A model generated the notes under the pieces. The model was not told the DNA's origin. It ran no database searches and saw nothing but the letters and a program-made list of their open reading frames with translations. DNA of 64,000 nucleotides from Mobula hypostoma (lineage: Eukaryota). The DNA lies in the NCBI RefSeq assembly GCF_963921235.1, contig NC_086108.1:39062001-39126000 (forward strand). Reading direction: 5' to 3'. Shown piece by piece: positions 63,371-64,000 of the stretch (its first letter is position 1; each line of letters starts with the position of its first letter). The translations under genes were made by a program, and so were the position numbers.

Positions 63371-64000
63371 TCCATTGGCACACTGACTCTCCACTTGAGC
63401 TGCAGTGCTGCCCTCAAGTTCTGTCCCACTAAGGTCCTTCAGCCAAACTTCCTTCAGTTTGTAGAAGATTGACTTGTAGTAATGAGTAAAGACTTACAAT
63501 GCCCTCCTGAATGCTTGTTCGACCTGCTTGCAGTTTTCTTTTAAGACAAGTACATTTAACCTGCATTCAATATTCCCATACTATTGAAATAATATTCTGC
63601 TTTCCTGCTCTTCTTACCAAAGTGGATAGCCTCAATAGTTGTCTGCATTGCCCTCCATTGCTCTTTTTAGGCAGACATGGTCACAAGGGCATGAAGAGTT
63701 GGAGTGGCAGTCTACTTGGGAGCTGTGTAGCCTCAGCTGTAGTAAGAACTAGGACTCAAGCTTCCCAATTTTATTATCCTTCAGTGATCATAATGCCATT
63801 AATTTCAAAGTAAGTATGGAAAAAAATATGCCTGGTTCACAGGTTGAGATTCTAAGATGGAGAAAGGTCAATTTTGATACCAAAAATAGCATTTGGCAAG
63901 TGCGGATGAGGATAGGCTATTTTCTGGCAGAGATGTACTTGGTAGGTGGGATGCCTCCAAAAGTGAAATTTTGAGAGTACAAAGTGTGTATGTGCACGTC

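Overview
Eukaryotic vertebrate genomic DNA. The repeat content (CR1, V-SINE, Deu-SINE, Rex1/Babar, Penelope-derived repeats) suggests a cartilaginous fish, probably a ray; this is inference. The window lies inside one minus-strand gene, DENND1B (connecdenn 2, DENN-domain Rab35 GEF). Six consecutive internal coding exons (44942-44995, 41524-41634, 27774-27874, 22799-22844, 16784-16885, 2492-2617) have GT-AG boundaries and splice in frame to 540 nt / 180 aa. The rest is intron filled with decayed transposons: a Gypsy element nested in a CR1, three Tc1 copies, a Tigger-like element, hAT MITEs, Rex1/Babar and CR1 LINEs, several SINEs and many Penelope-like (PLE) fragments. The most notable features are (i) minimal hammerhead ribozyme motifs in the PLE repeats, including two TSD-flanked fold-back insertions, one with perfect 88-bp arms, and (ii) a ~450-bp micro-inversion revealed by a split LTR. 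I found no convincing new protein-coding system. PLE hammerheads are a known class; only their local architecture here may be undescribed. Most ORFs in the track are spurious or transposon debris.
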